From Nitrospirota bacterium (GTDB taxonomy: Bacteria; Nitrospirota; UBA9217), in NCBI GenBank assembly GCA_963845065.1, contig CAWJQQ010000008.1:320001-384000 (forward strand): a stretch of DNA of 64,000 bases. Direction: 5' to 3'. The notes beneath the pieces are model-generated. The model was not told the origin of the DNA. It did no database searches and saw nothing but the letters and a program-made list of their open reading frames with translations. Within the stretch, counting starts at the first letter, position 1. Each line of letters starts with the position of its first letter. Shown one piece after another: positions 19,666 to 29,448 of the stretch. A program made the translations under genes and the position numbers.

Positions 19666-21309
19666 ATGGTAAGAAAAAAATTTAAAAGACTCCTCATGCA
19701 AGGGATACTGACTAAGGAGGAGCTTGATAACCTCGCACGGCAGTCAGAAGAGATCAACACACCTCTTGAAGAGTTCCTGATGCAGCGAGGAGTGCCAAAG
19801 CACGAGATATTGTTCTGTCTATCCGAACACTACGGGCTTCCCTTCGTGGAATTCGATGAAAGTGTTACCGCTTCTTATTTCATCACAATGCGGCTAAACA
19901 TGGAGAAGCTGAAAAAGGCCCTCTGGTTTCCCCGATCGGTCACGCAGGATCGGGCCGAAGTAATTGCATGCTGCCCCGATGACCCCCGGGTGATTGATGA
20001 TATAAAAAAGACGCTTGGGGTGGAACAAATAGATTTTACTGTCGCACTTCCCGCCGATATCGTCCGCATCATCGAGCACAATTTTGATGTCAACCCGTCA
20101 TTTGCCTTCTCCGGGGGAAGAACGCCTCTTGCGCAGGTAAGGACTTATCTCGCCTACCGGCGATCGACTTATTCGCTATACCGGACGTTATTTGCCAAGG
20201 GTAGGACTGGTCTTGCTTTTATCAGGACCGGCGTATCCTTCATTGTCATCGCCCTTTTGTTTCTCAGGGTTTTCGGAGTAGGGCTTTTCACCATTATCGA
20301 GGCACCGCTTTTAATTGCTGGCATTGTTATGCTCTATGACGGGCTGAAATGGTATTTCCCCGCGCGAAGAATAGCAAAAAAACCGATCAACGTCTCCTGC
20401 ACAGAGTCCACGTGGGGGACCTGCGTTCTGGAAGAGTCGGCGACCCCTGAGGGAGAACCTTCGTTCCTTCGCTCCGGTATTGTGAGCGGCGCAGCTGAAC
20501 TCAGGGCCGGGTGGGAAAATCTTACGCCGGTCATGAGGCGAAGGTTTCTCGCCTCCGATAGGACCGACATGGCAGAGGAACGGACAGCAATGGCGGGACA
20601 TAGGACTAAACTCGCGAGGGCCAGGACTGGGCTCGCCTTTACGAGGACGGGCATTGCCTTTGGGGGACTCGGCATCGGATTACTCCGGCAGTTTCTCGAG
20701 AGCAGATGGACGATACTCGACGCGTCGCTCATCGTGGCAGGTCTTTTGATGTCGGCAGAAGGATTTTACTGGTATCTTGGCGGAAGACGTTCTGGAATCG
20801 AAAGCTTTAAATCGGTGATGGCAGCGGTCAATAAGGAAAGCATCTGGGACAAGGTTTTTCCGCTTCGGCATAACCGCACCGGGCCCCAAAAATACAACGC
20901 CGGTCTACCGGTCCGTGCTTCTGATTTGCCGGGAATATGGGCCACGACAGGCCTCGCTCTCGAGCGTACTGTCCTTGCCGACCGGCGATGCGTAATGGCC
21001 AGGCTTCGCTCAGTCATGGCGGTAACTCGAACAGGTCTGGCATTTGTCCGGACGGGGATGAGCATTTCATCCGTTGGTGCGGGTCTCATGGTTTATTTCG
21101 GCATGGCTTCGGTGGGTTGGACGGTCTTTAATATCGTTTTGATCCTCTCAGGTCTTGCGTTGATCATCGATGGATATTATTGGGTTATTCCGACCGAACG
21201 AATTCGGGCACAATACCCATACTGCTATGGGGACATGGAAATAACCATACCCGATTACGGCGTACCGGCGAATACTTGGGGCACGGTTTCTTTTAGTCAT
21301 AATGAATAA
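19666..21309 (+). CDS. T2SSE_N (GspE/MshE N-terminal-like) domain plus three DUF202-like heptad/TM-hairpin repeats
   Basis: N-terminal LLMQGILTKEEL...LSEHYGLPFVEF, then three RTGLAFxRTG repeats each followed by two TM helices. ORF is open from 19621; ATG 19666 preferred. Confidence 0.8.
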   Translation: MVRKKFKRLLMQGILTKEELDNLARQSEEINTPLEEFLMQRGVPKHEILFCLSEHYGLPFVEFDESVTASYFITMRLNMEKLKKALWFPRSVTQDRAEVIACCPDDPRVIDDIKKTLGVEQIDFTVALPADIVRIIEHNFDVNPSFAFSGGRTPLAQVRTYLAYRRSTYSLYRTLFAKGRTGLAFIRTGVSFIVIALLFLRVFGVGLFTIIEAPLLIAGIVMLYDGLKWYFPARRIAKKPINVSCTESTWGTCVLEESATPEGEPSFLRSGIVSGAAELRAGWENLTPVMRRRFLASDRTDMAEERTAMAGHRTKLARARTGLAFTRTGIAFGGLGIGLLRQFLESRWTILDASLIVAGLLMSAEGFYWYLGGRRSGIESFKSVMAAVNKESIWDKVFPLRHNRTGPQKYNAGLPVRASDLPGIWATTGLALERTVLADRRCVMARLRSVMAVTRTGLAFVRTGMSISSVGAGLMVYFGMASVGWTVFNIVLILSGLALIIDGYYWVIPTERIRAQYPYCYGDMEITIPDYGVPANTWGTVSFSHNE

Positions 21310-22549
21310 TGAGCTATTAAATATAGGCAATAATCTGGCGGGTGCCGATGTGCAGCGAGGTGCAGAATTTTCCTTACTCGTTGATTGGGGGATTCTGAGT
21401 CAACACAGACTTGAAGATGCCACACTCGCCGCCAAGACACGGGGGATCAATCTCGAGAAGCTGCTTCTCACGGAATACGACGTACCGAAGCACCAGCTGC
21501 TCGAGGCGCTTGCGACGTATTATAAATGCTCATCCATTGAATACGACGAACGCCTCCCCATACCCCCCGTGCTGCTGATCGGTCTCAACAGCGACGCGCT
21601 TTTGATGAACCAGTGGATGCCCGTGATCAAAGACCAAAGCGGAACCGTGGTCATCGCTGCGAGGAACCCCGAAAGCCCCGCCATGAGAGAAGATGTAAAA
21701 AAACGTATAACGGCTGAGCGGTTCGAATTCCGCGTCGCGCTCAATTCTGACATCCAGTGGTTTATCCAGGACTATCTTCATGCTAAGCCTGGACTGTTGA
21801 TCGGCACGGAACGGACAGGTCTCGCCTACTGGCGCAATACCATGGCCCACTGGAGGACGCGGCTCGCCTGCTACCGTACTGACCTCGCTAGCGCCAGGAC
21901 CGGTCTTGCCTTCCTCAGATGGGGGTTGGGCACTATTGCGATCTCTAATACTTTGCTCCAGACAAAAAATGTCAGCAGTTCCCCTAACACGTATTTCGCC
22001 GTACTGATTATCGGGATTGTAATTGCATTTTATGGCCTTCCCAAGTACCTTAACGTGCGGAAATCCCACATGACGCCTCCGGGCCAGCAGACTCTAGTGG
22101 AGGTCACTGCAGCCACCATTCAATTTCTTGAAAATTATCATCTCTTGGAAAACACGGGGATCAAGCGTCAAACACAGGGCACGATGCTGAGCCGGATGGG
22201 AGATCTGCTTGCCGACCACAGCACCTATCTGTATCCGTCTCCATCGAGCAGAATACGCACCATGTTTGCGCGTGAACGGAATGTCCTGGCGGCCCAGCGG
22301 ACGATAGCTGCGTGCTACCGCACCATTTACGCCCGTGCACGGACTGGTTTGGCCTTTATCCGGACCGGAATATCATTCCTGAGCATTGGTATCGGCATCA
22401 TAAGCTATTTCGGGCTCGGCGTACTGACGTCATTCAATCTCTGGCTCATCGCCGCAGGACTTCTCATGGCTGTAGACGGGACGCTATGGTACTGGCCCAT
22501 TAGAAAGGAACAGGCTGAAATCCCGCGGGGGATTGCCTATCCGGAATGA
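21302..22549 (+). CDS. T2SSE_N-like domain plus two DUF202-like heptad/TM-hairpin repeats
   Basis: LLVDWGILSQHRL...VPKHQLLEALATYY, then two RTGLAFxR repeats; overlaps the stop of the upstream paralogue. Confidence 0.8.
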   Translation: MNNELLNIGNNLAGADVQRGAEFSLLVDWGILSQHRLEDATLAAKTRGINLEKLLLTEYDVPKHQLLEALATYYKCSSIEYDERLPIPPVLLIGLNSDALLMNQWMPVIKDQSGTVVIAARNPESPAMREDVKKRITAERFEFRVALNSDIQWFIQDYLHAKPGLLIGTERTGLAYWRNTMAHWRTRLACYRTDLASARTGLAFLRWGLGTIAISNTLLQTKNVSSSPNTYFAVLIIGIVIAFYGLPKYLNVRKSHMTPPGQQTLVEVTAATIQFLENYHLLENTGIKRQTQGTMLSRMGDLLADHSTYLYPSPSSRIRTMFARERNVLAAQRTIAACYRTIYARARTGLAFIRTGISFLSIGIGIISYFGLGVLTSFNLWLIAAGLLMAVDGTLWYWPIRKEQAEIPRGIAYPE

Positions 22550-22618
22550 TGGAGAAGACTGATCAATGGGCGAATATTACATCAGTACTGTTAAAAAAAG
22601 GGATTGACGGTCATGGGA

Positions 22619-22656
22619 CCTTCCCCCGGAGCTAGAAATCCGGGAGTGGTTTTTTC
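22619..22656 (+). terminator. Intrinsic terminator, diverged paralogue of 15066-15105
   Basis: CCCCCGGAGCTAGAAATCCGGGAGTGG followed by a T-tract. Confidence 0.65.
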
Positions 22657-22727
22657 GTTCGTTATGAGCTGAATTGCCGCTTTCCAGAAACGATTCATTT
22701 CCCCACGGAGCTTTTAATCGTACTATT

Positions 22728-23258
22728 ATGAGATGCTCGTCGGTACAGATTTCTGTGTCTGATATCAGTCAACTTGAGGAGTGCAGGATTGCGGCTACCG
22801 TCCCGAGAGAAGATATTCGGCAGATCAAATTGTCCTATGACTCAAAAGCACGACATCCATTTCTGCAGTTTTTCGTTGGCTTTGGCCTGATCGTAACAGG
22901 CCTGGTTTTGCTAATTGCAGCTTTCATTATGGTGGAAGTCGGGGCCTTTTTTTTTCACATAGCCTCCCACACATTCAGCATTCCCGTGGTTCCTATAGGC
23001 CTTTGGCTTATGGTCGGCGCAGGTCTTTGGCTCTTGATCGGAGTATTTCGAGGAAGATATAATCTGTTAATCAACACCAAGCGAGGCGTTCGTAAGATAT
23101 TTTTTGGAGAGTCGACGGACATTAAAGATATTCTGCGTTTCATAGGGAGAGCGAATCAAGAATTAGGATATGATATTGACATGTCCATTACGGAAACTAT
23201 GTACATAAAAGATGCCCCTGCCGACCAGCAAACAAAAAATATGAACACGATACAGTAG
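22728..23258 (+). CDS. Hypothetical membrane protein (2 TM)
   Basis: Two hydrophobic segments; ORF is open from 22674. Confidence 0.55.
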   Translation: MRCSSVQISVSDISQLEECRIAATVPREDIRQIKLSYDSKARHPFLQFFVGFGLIVTGLVLLIAAFIMVEVGAFFFHIASHTFSIPVVPIGLWLMVGAGLWLLIGVFRGRYNLLINTKRGVRKIFFGESTDIKDILRFIGRANQELGYDIDMSITETMYIKDAPADQQTKNMNTIQ

Positions 23259-23448
23259 TTTGAAGTGTCCGGGGGGGCGCTCCCCATTCATCTTAGCCCT
23301 CCTCCTGTTCGTGAAGTTCTTTTTTCGTTCTGCATAGACGGAATTCAGCTAACACGGAACACATGATAGGATCATTCCGAAAACGGTGTGACTGCCCCCC
23401 CTATTACTGGTACAAAAAAGCCTCGCAATAGAGTATAATTTACGATAT

Positions 23449-24864
23449 ATGAAGATCGAGAACAAACTCATCATTTCGAACGCCGTCAACGGGGTCTTCA
23501 TCATCCTGATCGGATTATTCGCCTTTCAGAACATGAACCTCGTACTCACGAAGCTGCGGTTTGTTGAGATCGCCGCCGACCTGAATGCGTCATTTTTCGA
23601 AATGAGGCTCTCAGAAAAGAATTACCTTCTTTACCATGACCAGTACGCGCTCGCCACGATTCGCGAGAAGATCAGTTACACGGTGAAAACCCTCTCGGCA
23701 GCGAAGAAGGACATTATTCCCGCGATCGGAGAGACTAATCTAAGGAAATTGGAATCCGACTTAAGCGAATATTCGGACGTCATCGGTGAATTAGGCCGCT
23801 CCGGTCGTCACGCAAGCCCCGACTTGGAGGCGAAGATACGAACGTCGGGAAGACAACTTAAGGAATATTCTGAATCGATCACCAATCTGGAGCTGAAGCA
23901 CGTGAATGAAATCATCCAGGGCTCGAAGAAAATTCTAATTTTCTCTTTCTGGGCGATCCTTGCTTCGGCACTCCTGATCAGCCATTATATATCGCAGAGG
24001 ATTGTGCGTTCCCTCCGGGCGATCGTAAAGATGACTCGGATGATATCGGAAGGGAACTTTCACATGATCGAGGGTTTCCAGAGCAGTGACGAACTGGGGG
24101 AGGTGATCACGGCCGTCAATTCCATGTCCCAGGAACTGGCACACCGCGAGGAACAGATCATCCAGTCCAAGAAGCTTGCATCCCTTGGAATCCTGACCGC
24201 CGGCGTGGCTCACGAGATTTCGAATCCCCTGAACAACATCTCCATGATGGCCCAGACCTATGACGAGTTGTATGAGAAGCTGAGCGAAAAGGACCGGATC
24301 GGGTTCATGAACAAGGTAGAGGAGGAAACGGAGCGGATTCGGGAGATTGTCAAGAACCTGTTAGACTTTTCAAAGCCCAAGGACGCCAACCCGAATGAAG
24401 CGGACATCAACGCCGTGGTCCGCAAGACCCTCACCTTGGTCCAGAATATGATCAACGTGTCGAACATAGAAACGAAAATTACACTTGACGAGCCGCTGCC
24501 CTCAGTATTCGTCGATGAACATCAGATTCAGCAGGTGCTTGTGAACTTGATTACAAATGCCGTTCAGGCTATGTCCTCGGGGGGAAAGCTATTCATCTCC
24601 ACGCGAGCGGGTAAAAGGGGAGATTCGGTGGAGATCACCGTCATGGACACTGGGAAAGGCATAGCGCCCGAATTTCTAACCCACATTTTTGATCCCTTCT
24701 TCAGCACCAAGGGAGAGGGAGGCACTGGCCTGGGTTTGTCGGTTAGCTACGGCATCATCAAAAAACATCAAGGAGAGATCAGGGTTAAAAGCAAGGTAGG
24801 CGTCGGCACGACGTTCACCGTAGAACTGCCCATCTATCACCACGAGGAGAGGAACGATGGATAA
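23449..24864 (+). CDS. HAMP sensor histidine kinase
   Basis: GVAHEISNPLNN, NLITNAVQAM, GTGLGL; same architecture as 962-2575. Confidence 0.93.
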   Translation: MKIENKLIISNAVNGVFIILIGLFAFQNMNLVLTKLRFVEIAADLNASFFEMRLSEKNYLLYHDQYALATIREKISYTVKTLSAAKKDIIPAIGETNLRKLESDLSEYSDVIGELGRSGRHASPDLEAKIRTSGRQLKEYSESITNLELKHVNEIIQGSKKILIFSFWAILASALLISHYISQRIVRSLRAIVKMTRMISEGNFHMIEGFQSSDELGEVITAVNSMSQELAHREEQIIQSKKLASLGILTAGVAHEISNPLNNISMMAQTYDELYEKLSEKDRIGFMNKVEEETERIREIVKNLLDFSKPKDANPNEADINAVVRKTLTLVQNMINVSNIETKITLDEPLPSVFVDEHQIQQVLVNLITNAVQAMSSGGKLFISTRAGKRGDSVEITVMDTGKGIAPEFLTHIFDPFFSTKGEGGTGLGLSVSYGIIKKHQGEIRVKSKVGVGTTFTVELPIYHHEERNDG

Positions 24865-25225
24865 ATACAGCATCATGGTCATTGACGACGAGAAGATCGT
24901 GGGCGACATGGCAAAGATGTCGCTTGAACAGGAAGGTTACGATGTGGAGACCTTCCTGAACGCCGAGCCGGCGCTTGCCCGGCTCAAAGAAAAGAAGTTC
25001 CAGGTCGTCGTTACGGATTACAAGATGAAGGGCATCGATGGCATGGAGGTGCTCAGGACCATCAAAAAAGAATACCCCGCCACGATGGTGATCATGATTA
25101 CCGCCTTCGCTAACCTAGATGCTGCCATTGAGGCGCTGCGGGGAGACGTGCACGACTTCTTCCCTAAACCGGTCAAGATCAAGGAATTGAAGGAGTCGAT
25201 CCGGCGGGCACTGAGCGGGTCGTAA
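24857..25225 (+). CDS. Single-domain response regulator
   Basis: IMVIDDE...VVTDYKM...ITAF...PKP. Confidence 0.93.
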   Translation: MDKYSIMVIDDEKIVGDMAKMSLEQEGYDVETFLNAEPALARLKEKKFQVVVTDYKMKGIDGMEVLRTIKKEYPATMVIMITAFANLDAAIEALRGDVHDFFPKPVKIKELKESIRRALSGS

Positions 25226-25423
25226 GCTCAAAAAAGGCGGAAAAAACGTTACTGGCAAAGAAGCAGAGCGGGCAAAGTTTTGTGCAAAAAAATGCACGGC
25301 TGCTCCAGAACCAAAGACATCTCGCGCGAATATACACAGCCCAAAGAGTTGGAGAATCAATTCTCAGGTTCTCATTGCGCTCCCTATTACTCTGAGAGAT
25401 AAAATATTTTGTCAAGAAGTTTT

Positions 25424-28012
25424 ATGAAAAACGAGGCCATCATAAAATCGGTCCTCTCGTCCCTGTCCCGCGTCCTTTCCCGCCGGAAGATACCTTCCGA
25501 TCAGGCTTCGTTCAGGGCGGTGTTCGACCGTTTCAAGAACGTACTCGACAGCAATAACTGCGCCCTGGAAACCATTACGGATATGGGCGAAAAACTGGGC
25601 GGCGATTATCTCTTCGGCATTGTTTACATCAAAAAGGCCTATTCCCTTCTCAAAAAAGACATGGTGAACTCACTCCGCAGCTTCAATGAGCTGACTCAAG
25701 ACCGGTATCCCCGCCTTCACGAAGTATTTGAGCACATTGATTCTCTAATTACGCTGATGGTGGACGAAGCACCGCCAGCAGGAGGGGCTCCTGTCCTGTT
25801 TTACGAAGAGATACCCTGGGGCACGCAGCAGATCGTCGGAGGCAAGAACGCTCTCCTCGCCGAGGTAAAAAACAATTTGCATATGCAGGTCCCCGACGCA
25901 TTCGTCATCACGACAGCCGCCTTTGACGAGTTCATCAGGCATAATCAACTGGAAGGTCATATCGAGCGCCTTAAAAAGGGCCCTGTCCCACCTGACATGG
26001 CGTTTCAGGGATATCAAGAGCTCATTATCCATGGGACAATTCCTCCGGAAATCAGCCGCGGGATCCAAAAAGCGCTGGACAAGATTCGCAGGCGCAATAA
26101 AGAGTATTTTCTTGCGCTCCGGAGCAGCGCCGAGGAAGAGGATGGCGGCCGTTCCTTTGCAGGACAGTTCAGGACCATATTGAATGTACCTCTAAAACTC
26201 GAAGCAGTGGAGCGGGCATACAGGGAGGTGATTGCAAGCCTCTACTCGGGAAAGGCCATCGACTACCAGCTACAGATGGGGTATGACATCGGAACACTCA
26301 AAATGGCGGTCGGTTGCATGGCCATGGTTGATGTTGTGTCTAGCGGGGTCATCTATTCAACGACACCGGACGGCGACAGCAGCACAATGATCATCAGCGC
26401 TGCCTGGGGACTTGGAGAATCCATCGTCGAAAGCAGGACCGAGGCAGACCTTTATGTCGTTCGGAAAGGAACAGAGCCGGAGCTCGTTCGGGCCACATAT
26501 GGCAAAAAAGAATCCATGATCATAAGCATCGCAAATGGAGGGACCGAAGAAGTCAAGACGCCTGACGACCTTAAAAACGAGCCCTGTCTCACATCTGAAC
26601 AAATAGCAACGCTTGGAAAACAGGCGATGTCCATTGAGCGGTACTTCGGCACGCCCCGGGACATTGAGTGGTCGATTGACAAAAATGGGACAGTCTACAT
26701 CCTCCAGGCGCGGCCACTTAACGTTAATGCGACAGATAATATCATTGATCAGGCCGAAACGACGAACACTGCGCCGGTTGGCCATCCTATAATCGTAAGA
26801 GACCGCGGCAATGTGGTCCAGCGCGGTGCAGGCGCGGGAAAGGTTTTCATCGTAAGGACGCCAGAGGACATCGCAAAGTTCCCGAGAGGCGCCGTCCTCG
26901 TAGCAACCCATGATTCATCGCTTTTTGTCAGGACCATGCCCTATGTCTCCGCGATAATTACAGAAACAGGCTCCCAGACAAGCCACATGGCTGCGCTCTG
27001 CAGGGAATTTAAAATACCGACGATCGTGAATTTGGACAAGGCGACGGAGATCCTGAAACAAGACCAGGACATTACGGTCGTTGCCAATGACGGCAGCGCG
27101 TCAACGATCTATAGCGGAATAGTGCGGGACGCGCTTGCAAAAGCAGGACATGACAAACAGCAGATGGAACGCATCAATGAGTTCCGCAGGAAACGGTATA
27201 TCCTTAGGTACATCTCTCCACTCCACCTTATTGACCCACTGATGGACGAGTTCACGCCCGAGCGATGCAGGACCTTGCATGATATCTTACGATTCATGCA
27301 TGAAAAGTCCGTTGCCGAGCTCGTAGAGAGTGCCCGCAGGGGCAACTCGAGGATGAGGAAGCACGGGACAATCACTCAGCTTGAATTGCCTGTGCCGGCG
27401 GGCATTCTCGTCATGGACATGGGCGGCGGCCTAGAAAGAGGGATACAGGGAGAAACGGCGACCATCAAACAGATCACTTCTATTCCGTTCAAGGCAATAG
27501 TCGAGGGGATGATCTATCCCGGCGCATGGCACTCCGAAGCAGTGGCGCTCAAAGCCCAGGATTTCCTGTCGAGCATGATGCGGATGCCTGACATAACCAG
27601 TGTCGCGGACAGCACGGTCGGATATAATGTGGCGGTCATTTCCCGCGAGTACGTTAACATGAGCATCCGGTTCGGCTATCATTTCAACATGGTCGATTGT
27701 TACTGCAGCGAGAACTCAAGAAACAACCATATCTATTTCCGGTTTGCTGGAGGGGCGACCGATCTGACAAAAAGGTCGAGGCGGCTGGAGCTCCTCGCAC
27801 GCATATTGAAGGAATATGGTTTCAATATAAAAATAAAAGGTGATCTGCTTATTGCGAGACTTGCCGGCCTTAGTCAAGTGGAAATGGAGAAGGTCTTGAA
27901 CCAGACGGGCCGTTTGATCGCCTATGCGCGCCAGCTCGATGCCGCGCTTCATGATGATGCTACCGTCGATCGGTATACAAAGAATTTTTTGGAAGGGCGG
28001 TATGAACTCTGA
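25424..28012 (+). CDS. PEP-synthase/dikinase-like protein (ATP-grasp plus phospho-His domain)
   Basis: VGGKNA, ALRSSA..ED....SFAGQF, WGLGESIV, DIEWSID...ILQARPL, TETGSQTSHMAALCRE. Confidence 0.88.
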   Translation: MKNEAIIKSVLSSLSRVLSRRKIPSDQASFRAVFDRFKNVLDSNNCALETITDMGEKLGGDYLFGIVYIKKAYSLLKKDMVNSLRSFNELTQDRYPRLHEVFEHIDSLITLMVDEAPPAGGAPVLFYEEIPWGTQQIVGGKNALLAEVKNNLHMQVPDAFVITTAAFDEFIRHNQLEGHIERLKKGPVPPDMAFQGYQELIIHGTIPPEISRGIQKALDKIRRRNKEYFLALRSSAEEEDGGRSFAGQFRTILNVPLKLEAVERAYREVIASLYSGKAIDYQLQMGYDIGTLKMAVGCMAMVDVVSSGVIYSTTPDGDSSTMIISAAWGLGESIVESRTEADLYVVRKGTEPELVRATYGKKESMIISIANGGTEEVKTPDDLKNEPCLTSEQIATLGKQAMSIERYFGTPRDIEWSIDKNGTVYILQARPLNVNATDNIIDQAETTNTAPVGHPIIVRDRGNVVQRGAGAGKVFIVRTPEDIAKFPRGAVLVATHDSSLFVRTMPYVSAIITETGSQTSHMAALCREFKIPTIVNLDKATEILKQDQDITVVANDGSASTIYSGIVRDALAKAGHDKQQMERINEFRRKRYILRYISPLHLIDPLMDEFTPERCRTLHDILRFMHEKSVAELVESARRGNSRMRKHGTITQLELPVPAGILVMDMGGGLERGIQGETATIKQITSIPFKAIVEGMIYPGAWHSEAVALKAQDFLSSMMRMPDITSVADSTVGYNVAVISREYVNMSIRFGYHFNMVDCYCSENSRNNHIYFRFAGGATDLTKRSRRLELLARILKEYGFNIKIKGDLLIARLAGLSQVEMEKVLNQTGRLIAYARQLDAALHDDATVDRYTKNFLEGRYEL

Positions 28013-28140
28013 TCGATAGAAGCTGTGATCACGGAAAAAGAGCGCACGATGAGCGCAAGAACAGTATATTCTGAGGAATGGCTACGGATGCGAGATCGCA
28101 TCCGTAGCTTACAGAGTGGGCTCTCCGCATCCGAATGACC

Positions 28141-28758
28141 TTATATCGCCCTCGGCCCGGCACAAGCCGAGGCTTCCAAGGGACCGGAAAACATGCCCTC
28201 CAGTTTAACAAGTGCGCACCAGAGTACATTCTGAAGATCCTCGTTCGTCTTGTTCCCCAAATATGTTTTCGCCAACGTCTCCCGTATGGTAAGCATCAAC
28301 GGGTCTTTTTTGAGGAACGATAGAAACGTCCGAAGACGTCCTTCGCCACCGCCGAGCTTTGATGCCGCGTACGGTTTCTCAATTGTTTTATAATGATCCT
28401 GCAGATAGATCAGAAACCATAGCTGTGTCATATCATAAAAAAATTCAAGTGTCGGATAGTAGCCGTACCGTTGCCTGATATGCGCCTCAACAGATAAGCG
28501 GTTTTCGGGGATGGTGGGAAATACGGCGATGAGCAGCCCTTCCGCAAAGTCTTCGTAGAAAAACGGTAAATCTGCGAACTGTCGATTCCCGCAGTGGGGG
28601 CAGGTAATCATATTGAACTCCCAGTTCTGCAGGAGCGTTTTTACGACAGGTGTTCGCGAAACATCGACCCACGTAGCGATCCGGGCCTTAAAGCTATGCT
28701 TACAAGAGTCGCAATAAAGCAATTCATCCCTGTGAGCTCCAGCCTGAGGTGTCAACAT
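28141..28758 (-). CDS. CpXC-domain (Zn-ribbon) protein
   Basis: CDSC...F.ARI...V...FNMITCPHCG...PFFYED; AGGAG RBS. Confidence 0.75.
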   Translation of the reverse strand: MLTPQAGAHRDELLYCDSCKHSFKARIATWVDVSRTPVVKTLLQNWEFNMITCPHCGNRQFADLPFFYEDFAEGLLIAVFPTIPENRLSVEAHIRQRYGYYPTLEFFYDMTQLWFLIYLQDHYKTIEKPYAASKLGGGEGRLRTFLSFLKKDPLMLTIRETLAKTYLGNKTNEDLQNVLWCALVKLEGMFSGPLEASACAGPRAI

Positions 28759-28962
28759 ATGTTCACTCCTATAAATGTGTATCGACTAAAGGCCGAAGAC
28801 AGCGCACAGCAGCACGAACCATGACGCCCTCTCCCTCGCGAGGATCATGATGCATGCTCGGTCTTGGAATGTCTATTTCCTGTCGAGACTGATCCGCGAG
28901 ATTTAGTGCTATCCTGATGACGCTGTCTATCCTGGATACATGAATTCGAAATCGAGGAGTGG

Positions 28963-29238
28963 TTATACCGGTGGAGCGCGGGTTTCAGCAGTGGAGAGAA
29001 GAACGTTAGGCAGAGTCCACGAAATATCGAGCTTCGAGGATGTTCTTATCCAGCCGACATTACAGTTAAAATCATCTGCACTGTTAAACGAGGTATAGAG
29101 CTGGTCATAGGCCCTGTAAATAGGGGAATCCTTGGGCAGTGTCTCATCTTCAACGGGGTAAAAGGCGGGTATAATCGCGACGATAAAAAGTATCGTTACA
29201 AAAAGAAGCGCAATTCTTTTTTGCATAATTTTACTCAT
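28963..29238 (-). CDS. Small TM/signal-anchored protein ending in RAPP (putative arrest-peptide uORF)
   Basis: KRIALLFVTILFIVAII N-terminus; C-terminus ETRAPPV-stop. Confidence 0.65.
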   Translation of the reverse strand: MSKIMQKRIALLFVTILFIVAIIPAFYPVEDETLPKDSPIYRAYDQLYTSFNSADDFNCNVGWIRTSSKLDISWTLPNVLLSTAETRAPPV

Positions 29239-29448
29239 AGTAAATTATACTGAGGAAGAAAATTATAGTCAATACTCATTTTCGGGAAAACCTGAACGCT
29301 GACCAATTCCCATAGTTAAAACGAGGGGCTTTCTGCGGATGATTTGGTAAACGGTTTGGAAGGCAGATAACATCAATGAACAACTATTTTTTTAAAGGTG
29401 CAAGAAGGATTTTATGCATATATTAGGAAGGAATGCTTCTGAACTGGT

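Noticed and set aside
19666..21500. c-di-GMP-binding MshEN motif or a type II/IV secretion ATPase
   Set aside because: The RLG signature is absent from both N-termini and there is no Walker A ATPase domain; only the fold resemblance is supported.
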